DNA of 64,000 nucleotides from Candidatus Sulfomarinibacteraceae bacterium (lineage in GTDB: Bacteria > Acidobacteriota > Thermoanaerobaculia > Thermoanaerobaculales > Sulfomarinibacteraceae): contig CAWCLO010000010.1 of NCBI GenBank assembly GCA_963796455.1, forward strand, positions 32,001 to 96,000, read 5' to 3'. A program made the position numbers and the translations under genes. This document shows positions 39,835-48,521 of the stretch, in pieces. The notes below the pieces were generated by a model. That model ran no database searches and was not told where the DNA came from. It saw only the letters and a program-made list of their open reading frames with translations. Position 1 is the stretch's first letter, and each line of letters starts with the position of its first letter.

Positions 39835-40920
39835 TCACCTCAGCTTCAGGGTCGACAGCCCGGCGAGGGCAAAGACGACGGCAATGATCCAAAAACGGAC
39901 CACGACCTGGGTCTCGGTCCATCCCAGCAATTCGAAGTGATGATGGAGCGGCGCCATCCGAAAGACCCGTTTCCCACGCAGTTTGAATGAGGCAACCTGG
40001 ATGATGACCGAAAGCTCCTCGAGCACGAACAAGCCACCGACGATCACCAGCAACAACTCCTGTTTGGCGACCACCGCCACGATGCCGATCCCGCCGCCGA
40101 GAGCGAGGGAGCCCACGTCACCCATGAAGACCTGAGCCGGGTGGCAGTTGAACCACAGGAACCCTACCGCGGCACCAACGATGGCGCCGGTGAAAATCGC
40201 CACCTCGCCGGCTCCAGAGACCGGCACGATGCGCAGGTACTCCGCGATCCGGACGTGGCCGGCCACATAGACAAAAAGCGTATAGGTCGCGGCGGCAATC
40301 GCGACCGTACCGACGGCGAGACCATCAAGACCATCCGTGAGATTGACGGCGTTCGAGGTCCCGATGAGGACCACCGCCACAAACGGCAGGTAGAAAATCC
40401 CCAGGGGCACGAGAACATCCTTGAGGAACGGCACGGCAAGGGCACCCGCGTGCGGCGCCGGCATCGCCGCGGCCTTGGCCATGAGACCGGCGGCGACGGA
40501 AACCAGAATCTGCAGAGCGAGCTTCTGGCGGACGGTGAGACCGAGGTTGCGCTGCCGGCGCACCTTGAGCAAATCGTCGGCGAGGCCTATCGCTCCAAAA
40601 CCCAACATCACCAGCAGAACCGTCCAGATGTATGGGTTTTCCAGGTCAGCCCACAACAGGGTCGTCAGCACGACGCTGGAGACGATGAGCAGGCCACCCA
40701 TGGTCGGCGTTCCGGCCTTGACCTGGTGGTGTTCCGGCCCTTCTTTACGGATTGCCTGCCGCACCTGAAGCTCACGCAACCGGCCGATCAGCCAAGGTCC
40801 CGCGATCAGGCTGATGAAGAACGCGGTCGCGATGGCCAGCCCCGTTCGGAAGGTCAGGTATCGGAAGACGTTGAACCCGATAAAGGTGTCGCTCAAGGGG
40901 AGGAGCAGCCAATACAGCAT
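39835..40920 (-). CDS. mraY: Phospho-MurNAc-pentapeptide transferase
   Basis: KAGTPTMGG, NAVNLTDGLDGL, FMGDVGSL, MAPLHHHFE. Confidence 0.98.
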   Translation of the reverse strand: MLYWLLLPLSDTFIGFNVFRYLTFRTGLAIATAFFISLIAGPWLIGRLRELQVRQAIRKEGPEHHQVKAGTPTMGGLLIVSSVVLTTLLWADLENPYIWTVLLVMLGFGAIGLADDLLKVRRQRNLGLTVRQKLALQILVSVAAGLMAKAAAMPAPHAGALAVPFLKDVLVPLGIFYLPFVAVVLIGTSNAVNLTDGLDGLAVGTVAIAAATYTLFVYVAGHVRIAEYLRIVPVSGAGEVAIFTGAIVGAAVGFLWFNCHPAQVFMGDVGSLALGGGIGIVAVVAKQELLLVIVGGLFVLEELSVIIQVASFKLRGKRVFRMAPLHHHFELLGWTETQVVVRFWIIAVVFALAGLSTLKLR

Positions 40921-42299
40921 CAGGCAGCCTCCCCATTCGTCAAGGCCGCCACGGTTCGATCCAGACCGACCCCTCGCGAACCCTTGACCAGGATCACGTC
41001 CCCCGGGCTCAAAAGGCCGCGCAAGAATTCCACCGCCCGCTCCGCATCATCGACGAGGTGAGAGGTGGATTCCGCCAGCCCCGCTCGGCGGGCGCTGTCG
41101 ACGATCCGCCGCGCATGCTCTCCGCCGACCGCCACCAGCACGTCGCAAGCCGCTGCCGCTTCACACCCGACCTGTTGGTGGGCCGCGGCAGCCTGGTCGC
41201 CCAGTTCGTACATCTCGCCGAGCACGGCCACCCTCCGCCCCGGCGCACGGGAGAGGAGATCGAGCAATCGAGCTACGGCGACCGGCGAAGCATTGTAGGA
41301 ATCGTCCACCAGGGTGATCCGATCACCGAGTTCGAAGATCCTGCCGCGATGTTCCGGCGCCTGAAGCCGCGGTGCGATCGCAGCCACCTGGTCCGCCGTC
41401 ACATCCAAGGCCGACGCGGCGGTGGCCGCCGCCAGCAGATTCTCCGCCTGGTGACGACCGGCAATGGAAAGGTGAATCTCCGCTGAGCCATCGGGGAGGA
41501 CGAGGCGAAACCGGGAACCCAGAAGGCCGCGGTCCTCGAAGTCTTCGATCCAGGCATCGCGGTCAGCCGACCCGTAGAGCAGGACCGATGCCTCGGTCAT
41601 CGCCGGGAATTTCTCCTGGTTTGGATCGTCGGCGTTGATCACCAGGGTGCCATCGGAATCGAGCCACGGCAAGAGCTCCGCCTTGGCCCGGACGACGCCT
41701 TCGAGACCATCGAAGGACTCGATATGGGCAGGTGCGATACGGGTATAGAGCAGAACATCCGGGCGCAGGATTCCACCCAGGATATCGAGCTCTCCAGGGG
41801 TGCTCATCCCGGCCTCGGCGACAAATACCTCGATGTCCGGTTCTTGCGAAAGCACCTCGGCCGGCAGACCGAGGGTGTTGTTGCGGTTACCGGTCGAAGC
41901 TCCTGTCATCCGGTGCGATGCCAGTATTTCAGCCAGGAAGTCCTTGGTGGTGGTCTTGCCGACCGATCCGGTCACCGCGGCGACCCTCCACCCTTTGTTT
42001 CGGCGTTCAACACGTGCGAGCTCATGATAGGCCGCGAGTGGATCGTTGACGCGAATCAGTGCGCGGCCTTCCGGAGGCGAAACGAGCTCGACGTCGTCAC
42101 GGACCAAAGCAGCTCCCGCCACATCCATCGCGGCAGCCACGAACTCGTGACCATCTCGTCGTTCCCCGGGGAGCGCCACATAGAGGTCGCCGGTCTCCAA
42201 ACGCCGCGAATCGACCTCGACACCCGTCAGGGACACGGATTCACTGCCCTCGACCCGGCCGTCGATGACGCGAGCGATCTCGAGAGCCGTCATTTGCAC
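40920..42299 (-). CDS. murF: UDP-MurNAc-tripeptide--D-Ala-D-Ala ligase
   Basis: DGHEF, VTGSVGKTTTK, DDSYNASP, LGEMYELG, KGSRG. Confidence 0.96.
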   Translation of the reverse strand: MQMTALEIARVIDGRVEGSESVSLTGVEVDSRRLETGDLYVALPGERRDGHEFVAAAMDVAGAALVRDDVELVSPPEGRALIRVNDPLAAYHELARVERRNKGWRVAAVTGSVGKTTTKDFLAEILASHRMTGASTGNRNNTLGLPAEVLSQEPDIEVFVAEAGMSTPGELDILGGILRPDVLLYTRIAPAHIESFDGLEGVVRAKAELLPWLDSDGTLVINADDPNQEKFPAMTEASVLLYGSADRDAWIEDFEDRGLLGSRFRLVLPDGSAEIHLSIAGRHQAENLLAAATAASALDVTADQVAAIAPRLQAPEHRGRIFELGDRITLVDDSYNASPVAVARLLDLLSRAPGRRVAVLGEMYELGDQAAAAHQQVGCEAAAACDVLVAVGGEHARRIVDSARRAGLAESTSHLVDDAERAVEFLRGLLSPGDVILVKGSRGVGLDRTVAALTNGEAA

Positions 42300-43756
42300 C
42301 GCACCCTCCGGGCCTCGGAGCGCACCACCTTCTGATCGGAGAAAGAAACTGTGGAGTCGGCCAGTGCCTGGGAGGCCTCGTGACCCTTCCCCGCCACCAG
42401 AACCAGGGATCGTTCGTCTGCCCGCTCCAGGGCAGTGGCGATGGCCGCACGCCGGTCGAGCTCGATGATGGGTTCGGCACCGGCGGCGCGGACGCCCTCG
42501 GCCACCGCTTCGGCAATTGCCGATGGATCCTCGGATCGCGGGTTGTCAGAAGTGACGATCGGAAGATCGGCGAGCTCACCGACGGCGTATCCCATCGGCC
42601 CGCGTTTGCCCTGATCACGGTCGCCGCCGGCTCCGAAAACGACGATCAACCGGCGGTCGGTCACACGCTCGAGGGCCTGGAGGACGGCACGCAGACCCTC
42701 GGGGGTGTGGGCAAAGTCGATGAAGATCGGGAAGGGAAGCTTTGTCTTGATTCGTTCGAGCCGGCCGCTGAGCGGGCGTGCGCGTTTGAGCCCGCGGCGG
42801 ATGGCCTTCGCCCCAACACCGAGCGCGTGTGCCGCAGCTGCCGCCGCGAGGGCGTTGCGCAGATTGTGGACCCCGACCAGGGGCAACCGAACCTTGGTTT
42901 CGACATCCGGCAGGCGGAGATCAAAACGACTGCCATTGAGATCGCTTTCAACCATGCGTGCGCAAACCGCCCCGCGAGTGAGCCCCCAGGAAAGATCAAA
43001 ATCCTGCACTTCGTCGAGCAGACGAGCTCCCCAGGGGTCGTCCACCGGCAGCACCCGCCAGCCCTCATGTTCGAGGTGATGGGTGAAAAGTTGACGCTTG
43101 GCCGCGAAATACGAGTCCATATCGTGGTGATAGTCGAGGTGGTCACGGGTCAGATTCGTCCACACCGCCACCTCGAACTCGAGGCCAGCCACCCGCTGCT
43201 GGCTGAGAGCGTGCGAGGAGACCTCCATGACGACCGCTTCGGCGCCCGCCTTGACCGCTCGCCGCAATATCGGTGCGAGATCGGTTGCCTCGGGAGTGGT
43301 GCGATCACCCGGGATCTCGGTTCCATCCGGCAGCAGGGTACCGAGGGTCCCGACGAAAGCCGTCGGCAGATCGGCCGAATTCAGAATCAGGCTGATGAGG
43401 TGGGCGGTGGTGCTCTTGCCGTTGGTGCCGGTGACGGCGATCAGCCGGAGCTTTTTCTGCGGGTTTCCAGCCAGGATCCATGCAGCTTTGGCCATCGCCT
43501 GGCGCGGTTTTTTGACCCGGATCCACGGCAGATCAAGACGCTTGGGGCGTCCGCGGTCGCTGAGGACGGCGGCGGCTCCCGCCTCGATCGCCTGATCGAC
43601 GTATTTGACGCCGTGCACATTCTCACCCGGCACCGCCGCAAAAAGATTGCCCGGCACGACCTGCCGCGAATCGTGGGTCATGCCCTTGACGCGGACATCG
43701 CCGTCACCGACGAGCGAGCCGTCGCGAAGGCGGTGGATCAGCGTGTCCACCTTCAC
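42290..43756 (-). CDS. murE: UDP-MurNAc-dipeptide--meso-DAP ligase
   Basis: TGTNGKST, MEVSSH, DFAHTP, TSDNPR (DAP-type), AGKGHE. Confidence 0.97.
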   Translation of the reverse strand: MKVDTLIHRLRDGSLVGDGDVRVKGMTHDSRQVVPGNLFAAVPGENVHGVKYVDQAIEAGAAAVLSDRGRPKRLDLPWIRVKKPRQAMAKAAWILAGNPQKKLRLIAVTGTNGKSTTAHLISLILNSADLPTAFVGTLGTLLPDGTEIPGDRTTPEATDLAPILRRAVKAGAEAVVMEVSSHALSQQRVAGLEFEVAVWTNLTRDHLDYHHDMDSYFAAKRQLFTHHLEHEGWRVLPVDDPWGARLLDEVQDFDLSWGLTRGAVCARMVESDLNGSRFDLRLPDVETKVRLPLVGVHNLRNALAAAAAAHALGVGAKAIRRGLKRARPLSGRLERIKTKLPFPIFIDFAHTPEGLRAVLQALERVTDRRLIVVFGAGGDRDQGKRGPMGYAVGELADLPIVTSDNPRSEDPSAIAEAVAEGVRAAGAEPIIELDRRAAIATALERADERSLVLVAGKGHEASQALADSTVSFSDQKVVRSEARRVRCK

Positions 43757-45477
43757 GCGTCATCCTCCTCTTGGTCCAGCTTGTTCGAAGCGAGAAGGGG
43801 TTCCGGGGGCTCGATCTTCTCGGTCGGTGCGAGATCAAAGAGACAGGCCGAGGCTTCGGCGATCTCGGCAAAGACCGGCGCCGCCACCGTCGAGGCCCAG
43901 AAGTCGGTCTCGGCAGGATCTTCGATGGCCACAACGATGACGATGCTGGGATCGGGCATCGGGAAGAACCCGGCAAACCATGCAATGTGGTGCTGATCGT
44001 CAAATGTCCCGTTGACGGCACGTTGGGCGGTACCCGTCTTGCCGGCGGTCCGAAAACCGGCGACTCGAGCGTATTCTCCGGTCCCGTCGCGAACCACACC
44101 CTCGAGCATGACGCGAATCCGTTCGGCCAGAGCTTCGTCGAGGACCCGGACCTTCGGTTCCGAATACGCTGCCACGTTCTGAGCTTCCCGCGGCATCACC
44201 AGCCTCGGCTGCGGCAGCCAACCACCGTTGGCGATCGCTGCGTAGGCCATCGTCATCTGCAAGGGGCTCACGGTCATCTCCTGGCCGAGAGCGAAACCCG
44301 AACTGCTCATGCGCGACCAGGTACTGGTCTCGGGGAGCAACCCACGGGCCTCGGCGGGAAATTGGAGCCCGGTTTTACGCCCGAAACCAAAGGCGGAAAA
44401 GGCCCGCCAGAGATGGTCGTCGGGAACTCTCGCCGCGGCCTGGATGATCCCCACATTGGCCGAGTAGACAACGACCTCGTCGAGGGTGTAGAGACCGGGG
44501 CTGGCGTGATCCCGCACCCAGTGGCCAGCCACCCGGGTGCCTTTGTTGAGGCAGTCGAACTTCTCACCGGGTCGCACGACGCCTTCCGCAAGGGCCGCCG
44601 CGGCCACCATCGGTTTGACCGTCGAGCCAGGCTCCATGGCGTCCTGAACGGCCCGCAAGCGCCAGTTTTCCACCGGTGACGCGCCCGGGTCGGAAGGGTC
44701 GAAGGAAGGCAGCGAAACGATCGCCAGGATGTGGCCGCTTTGAGCATCGGCGACAACTGCAGATCCCGCCCGCGCACTATGCTTGGTGATGGCCTTCTGG
44801 AGGGCCGATTCGGCGCGTGCCTGGAGCCGGCCGTTGAGGGTCAGCTCGAGATCGTATCCGGCCCGGCCGCGATGCAGGCGCTGCAGCCGCACTCTGCGCT
44901 GGATGGCGTCGTTGACCGAAAGATACTGCTCGGGTTCGCCTGCGAGGTAGTTGTTGAGAGAATGTTCGAATCCCGACCGGCCGACGGTCAAAAGCTCTTC
45001 GCGACCGGTGAACCCAACCACCGGCGCCGCCAGGGTGGCCTGGGGATAGATCCGCGCCGAATCGGGCACCAGCACGACAGCCTGCGGTGCGAGACTTCGC
45101 ACCTCCTCGGCAACGGGACGAGTGACCCGTTGCGCAAGCCACACCGACCTCGGGCCGCGCTCGATGCGTTTTTTGAGTTTTTCTTTCGTTGTCTCGAGCA
45201 GGGGCGCCGCCGCCTGGACAAAGATCTCGGGGAATTCAAGGCGTTTGGTGTCGACCTGAATTGCCATTCTTCCAACCGAGGTTGCGAGCACATAACCGTC
45301 TGATGTGCGGATCGAGCCCCGCGGACCTGGAACCTCGATCACATGTTGATGCTGTTTGAGAGCGAGTTCGCGCCACTCGGCATGTTCGACAACCGCCACC
45401 TGGATGGAGCGCGCCGTCACCGAAGCGACACCGAGGGCGAGCACGAAAACAACCGCGAGAAGACGTCTGCGGTTCAC
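43753..45477 (-). CDS. ftsI: Penicillin-binding protein 3 (septal transpeptidase)
   Basis: PGSTVKP (SxxK), YSANVG (SxN), GKTGTAQ (KTG); N-terminal TM. Confidence 0.95.
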   Translation of the reverse strand: MNRRRLLAVVFVLALGVASVTARSIQVAVVEHAEWRELALKQHQHVIEVPGPRGSIRTSDGYVLATSVGRMAIQVDTKRLEFPEIFVQAAAPLLETTKEKLKKRIERGPRSVWLAQRVTRPVAEEVRSLAPQAVVLVPDSARIYPQATLAAPVVGFTGREELLTVGRSGFEHSLNNYLAGEPEQYLSVNDAIQRRVRLQRLHRGRAGYDLELTLNGRLQARAESALQKAITKHSARAGSAVVADAQSGHILAIVSLPSFDPSDPGASPVENWRLRAVQDAMEPGSTVKPMVAAAALAEGVVRPGEKFDCLNKGTRVAGHWVRDHASPGLYTLDEVVVYSANVGIIQAAARVPDDHLWRAFSAFGFGRKTGLQFPAEARGLLPETSTWSRMSSSGFALGQEMTVSPLQMTMAYAAIANGGWLPQPRLVMPREAQNVAAYSEPKVRVLDEALAERIRVMLEGVVRDGTGEYARVAGFRTAGKTGTAQRAVNGTFDDQHHIAWFAGFFPMPDPSIVIVVAIEDPAETDFWASTVAAPVFAEIAEASACLFDLAPTEKIEPPEPLLASNKLDQEEDDA

Positions 45478-45827
45478 TGAGCTGCCTCTTCAGACCTTGT
45501 TGCGGTCGCAGGAGCAGCAACACCGATCGGCGCCGAGGGCTCGAGCCCGATCTCGCGCGCTCGTTCGGCCAGGCGGTCGGGACTGCGCTCGTGTTCGAGT
45601 TCGAGCACAAGGAGTCGCTCGCGGTGTTCAAGCTGTGCAACCTGGGCGCGCAGACGGATCAGCTCGTAGTGAATCGAGGTACTGCGCAAGCGCGGCCAAC
45701 CAACCAATCCGAGTGCAAGCACGACCATCACCGAGACGATCAACAACGCACTCAGCACATGCGGCCAACGCCGGTCCCGTTGCGGGATCAGGAAACGATT
45801 GCTCGGGCCGAGGCCGTGGAGATCCAT
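45474..45827 (-). CDS. ftsL: Cell division protein FtsL
   Basis: Short protein with single TM and leucine-zipper coiled coil, between rsmH and ftsI. Confidence 0.8.
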   Translation of the reverse strand: MDLHGLGPSNRFLIPQRDRRWPHVLSALLIVSVMVVLALGLVGWPRLRSTSIHYELIRLRAQVAQLEHRERLLVLELEHERSPDRLAERAREIGLEPSAPIGVAAPATATRSEEAAQ

Positions 45828-45829
45828 CC

Positions 45830-46762
45830 TCAGCCTTCCTCGACGCGCTCGGCGACCCGCATCCGTGAGGACCTGGAGCGCGGATTGGCATCGACCTCGG
45901 CATCGTCCGGGCGAATCGGAGACCCGGTCAAGACTTTGACCACCCGTTGCGGGTTGCAGCGACAAACCGGCAGATCCGGGGGGCAGGTGCACCTTCCGGT
46001 TAACCGGCGAAGGGTGTGCTTGACAATCCTGTCCTCGAGCGAATGAAAGGAGATCAACGCCAGGCGACCACCCGGCGCGAGGGATCTCGCCGCCGGTTCG
46101 ACAAATCGTTCGAGCTGGCCGAGTTCGTCGTTGACGGCGATCCTGAGGGCCTGGAATGTCCTGGTCGCAGGGTGGATCCGACCGACCCGTTCTCTGACCA
46201 CCCTGCGGACAAGGGCGCTGAGCTGTGCTGTGGTGCGCAAGGGAGTTTCCGCGCGTTGTTTGACGATCGCCCGGGCCACCGCCCGCGCCCTGCGTTCCTC
46301 GCCGTAATCGCGGAGGATCCTCACCAGATCCTCCCACTCCAGGCGCTCGAGAAGATCGGCCGCGGTCTCGCCGGAGTCGCCCATTCGCATATCGAGAGGT
46401 CCGTCTGACGAGAACGAAAATCCGCGATCGGGATCATCCAACTGGAGCGACGAACACCCGAGATCGGCCAGGATCGCGACCGGTGCTTCGAGCTCGAGTC
46501 GCTCCAGCACCGCGGGGAGCTGATCAAAGGGTCCTTCGACCAGGCGTACCCGGTCTCCAAAACCCCGCAGCCGTTCGGCGGCGCGGGCGAGAGCCTGGGG
46601 ATCACGATCGAGCCCGAGCAGCCGAAAACCACGCTCCGCCCGAAGCAGCGCTTCGGCGTGTCCTCCGAGCCCGACAGTGGCATCCACCAGCAGGCCCGGT
46701 GCGGCCGGCGCGAGCAGCTCCACGATCTGGTCGCAGAGCACGGGAACGTGCAAGGAGGCCAC
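45830..46762 (-). CDS. rsmH: 16S rRNA m4C1402 methyltransferase
   Basis: HVPVL, DATVGLGGH, GPLDMRM, HPATRTFQALRIAVN, SFHSLEDR. Confidence 0.98.
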   Translation of the reverse strand: MASLHVPVLCDQIVELLAPAAPGLLVDATVGLGGHAEALLRAERGFRLLGLDRDPQALARAAERLRGFGDRVRLVEGPFDQLPAVLERLELEAPVAILADLGCSSLQLDDPDRGFSFSSDGPLDMRMGDSGETAADLLERLEWEDLVRILRDYGEERRARAVARAIVKQRAETPLRTTAQLSALVRRVVRERVGRIHPATRTFQALRIAVNDELGQLERFVEPAARSLAPGGRLALISFHSLEDRIVKHTLRRLTGRCTCPPDLPVCRCNPQRVVKVLTGSPIRPDDAEVDANPRSRSSRMRVAERVEEG

Positions 46763-46774
46763 TTCCCTCCTCCA

Positions 46775-47218
46775 TCACAGCTCCAGCTGGGCGAGCTCTT
46801 CCAGCTCCTCGTCGCTCAGCGAAGCCTCTTCGAGGAATGATGCGGCGCGCGAACGATTGGTCACGGCCAGGTGGTTGATACGACCCGAAACCACGACCTC
46901 GCCCTCGACGCTGACCATCTCGCGTAACAGCGCCGGGACGAGGATGCGCCCCTGGTCATCGACCTCGAGCAACTGACCGTAGTTGACCCGTTCCACCAGC
47001 TTGAGAACCGCCGGTTTCATGGCGGGTTTGTTCAGGAGCTGTTCTTCGACCCCCTGCCACACCGCAAGGGGGTATACTCTGAGCTCATGGGGAAAGAAGG
47101 AACACACGTAGACTTCGCGGCCAAAACCGGCCTCGAGCTGCTCGCGCAGACGTGCCGGCAGCTTGAAACGCCCTTTGGCGTCAATCGTCGCCGGAAATCC
47201 ACCTCGAAATCGCTCCAC
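46775..47218 (-). CDS. mraZ: Transcriptional regulator MraZ
   Basis: IDAKGRFKLP and VDDQGRILVP (two DxxGR motifs). Confidence 0.93.
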   Translation of the reverse strand: MERFRGGFPATIDAKGRFKLPARLREQLEAGFGREVYVCSFFPHELRVYPLAVWQGVEEQLLNKPAMKPAVLKLVERVNYGQLLEVDDQGRILVPALLREMVSVEGEVVVSGRINHLAVTNRSRAASFLEEASLSDEELEELAQLEL

Positions 47219-47264
47219 GATGCCCCCTCGAAGACCGAAGTTGCGCACACAGGGTCGTGATTTT

Positions 47265-47330
47265 CCACTTCGGACCTTATTGGACCACTTCTGACCACTC
47301 CATGATGATCTGCTGTGGGCGGCATGTCAA
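47265..47330 (-). promoter_or_regulatory. dcw promoter with MraZ-type 10-bp-period GTGG repeats
   Basis: Minus strand: TTGACA (47325-47330), 17 bp, CATCAT, then GTGG at 47295-98, 47285-88 and 47265-68 (AAGG variant at 47275-78). Confidence 0.7.
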
Positions 47331-47402
47331 GGGTTTGGCTCACAAATAGATACGTGTTTATTGAGATGAAATCTCTCAGCTCTCCAGACCCCTCCAAGGA
47401 CA

Positions 47403-47449
47403 CCACAACATCTTGTGGTGCAGACAAAACTGACCACCACATCTGGTAG
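47403..47449. promoter_or_regulatory. Tandem NrdR-box-like palindromes
   Basis: CCACAACATCTTGTGG (47403-47418) and CCACCACATCTGGTAG (47434-47449), 31 bp apart start-to-start. Confidence 0.6.
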
Positions 47450-47648
47450 ACGACCGCAATTCCTCCACGCCTCTCGTGAATCGTCCCAAGTTGCAGACTC
47501 TTGCGAGCCAGCGAAGGCCCGTTCTCATTGATCGGTGGGAGAAATGAACCCCGGTCCCTGATCCCGACCGGATGAAAAAAAATACCCCTTGGAACCCGGG
47601 CTTCGCGCAAGGTTTCGTGATCGCCGGTACGGGTTAGAATGGGCGGCG

Positions 47649-48521
47649 ATGGAGAAATCCGCTATTCAACGGATCGGGGTCGTTCTCAAGACCACCAGCA
47701 GGGAGGCCGAGGCGCTCGGCCGCGAGCTTCTGGCGGAGATCAAACGACTCGGTCTGGTACCGGTCATCGATCGTGAGTCGGCGGCGGTTCTCGGCAGCGA
47801 GGATCAGATCGAACGCGTCGACCTGCCCGGCAAGGTTGATCTCGTAGTCGTCCTCGGCGGTGACGGGACCCTGCTGTCGGTCACCCGCGGCGAACTCAAT
47901 GGCACTCCGATTCTCGGGATCAACATGGGCACCCTCGGTTTTCTCACCGAGCACCCACCGGAAGCCCTTTTTTCGACCCTCAGGGCCGCCCTCGAAGGCG
48001 AGACGACCGTCGTCCGGCGCGAGCGGCTGATGGTCACCGTTGAAACTCCGGATCGTGAACCGGTGACCCGTTGCGTGCTCAATGACGCGGTGATCAACAA
48101 ATCGGCGCTGGCCCGCATGTTGACCATGTCGGTCCACGTTGACGGCGAGTTCGTGAGTCGATTCAGGGCGGATGGAATGATCGTCGCGACGCCGACCGGA
48201 TCCACCGCCTACAACCTGTCGGCCGGTGGCCCGATCCTCTATCCAAACCTCGAAGTCATCGTGGTGACCCCGATCTGTCCCCACGCGCTCACCAACCGCC
48301 CCCTCGTCCTGGGCCTCGATTCGCTGGTCGAGATCCGCCTCGAGTCCGTCTCCGAGGAGGTCTATCTCACCCTCGATGGCCAACAGGGCTTTCCTCTCAG
48401 CACGACGGATCTGGTCCGGATCGAATGTTGCCCCGATCCGGTCCACCTGATAGCCGATCGGAAACGATCGTATTTCCAGGTTCTGCACCATAAGCTGAAG
48501 TGGGGGGAGCGAGGCGGGTGA
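47649..48521 (+). CDS. nadK: NAD+ kinase
   Basis: LGGDGTLL, GINMGTLGFL, LNDAV, DGMIVATPTGSTAYNLSAGGP. Confidence 0.97.
   Translation: MEKSAIQRIGVVLKTTSREAEALGRELLAEIKRLGLVPVIDRESAAVLGSEDQIERVDLPGKVDLVVVLGGDGTLLSVTRGELNGTPILGINMGTLGFLTEHPPEALFSTLRAALEGETTVVRRERLMVTVETPDREPVTRCVLNDAVINKSALARMLTMSVHVDGEFVSRFRADGMIVATPTGSTAYNLSAGGPILYPNLEVIVVTPICPHALTNRPLVLGLDSLVEIRLESVSEEVYLTLDGQQGFPLSTTDLVRIECCPDPVHLIADRKRSYFQVLHHKLKWGERGG

Noticed and set aside
42380..43996. Long antisense ORFs (e.g. 42380..43996, 869..2272, 20380..21501, 51179..52210)
   Set aside because: They are shadows of real genes on the opposite strand in high-GC DNA, with no recognisable motifs.
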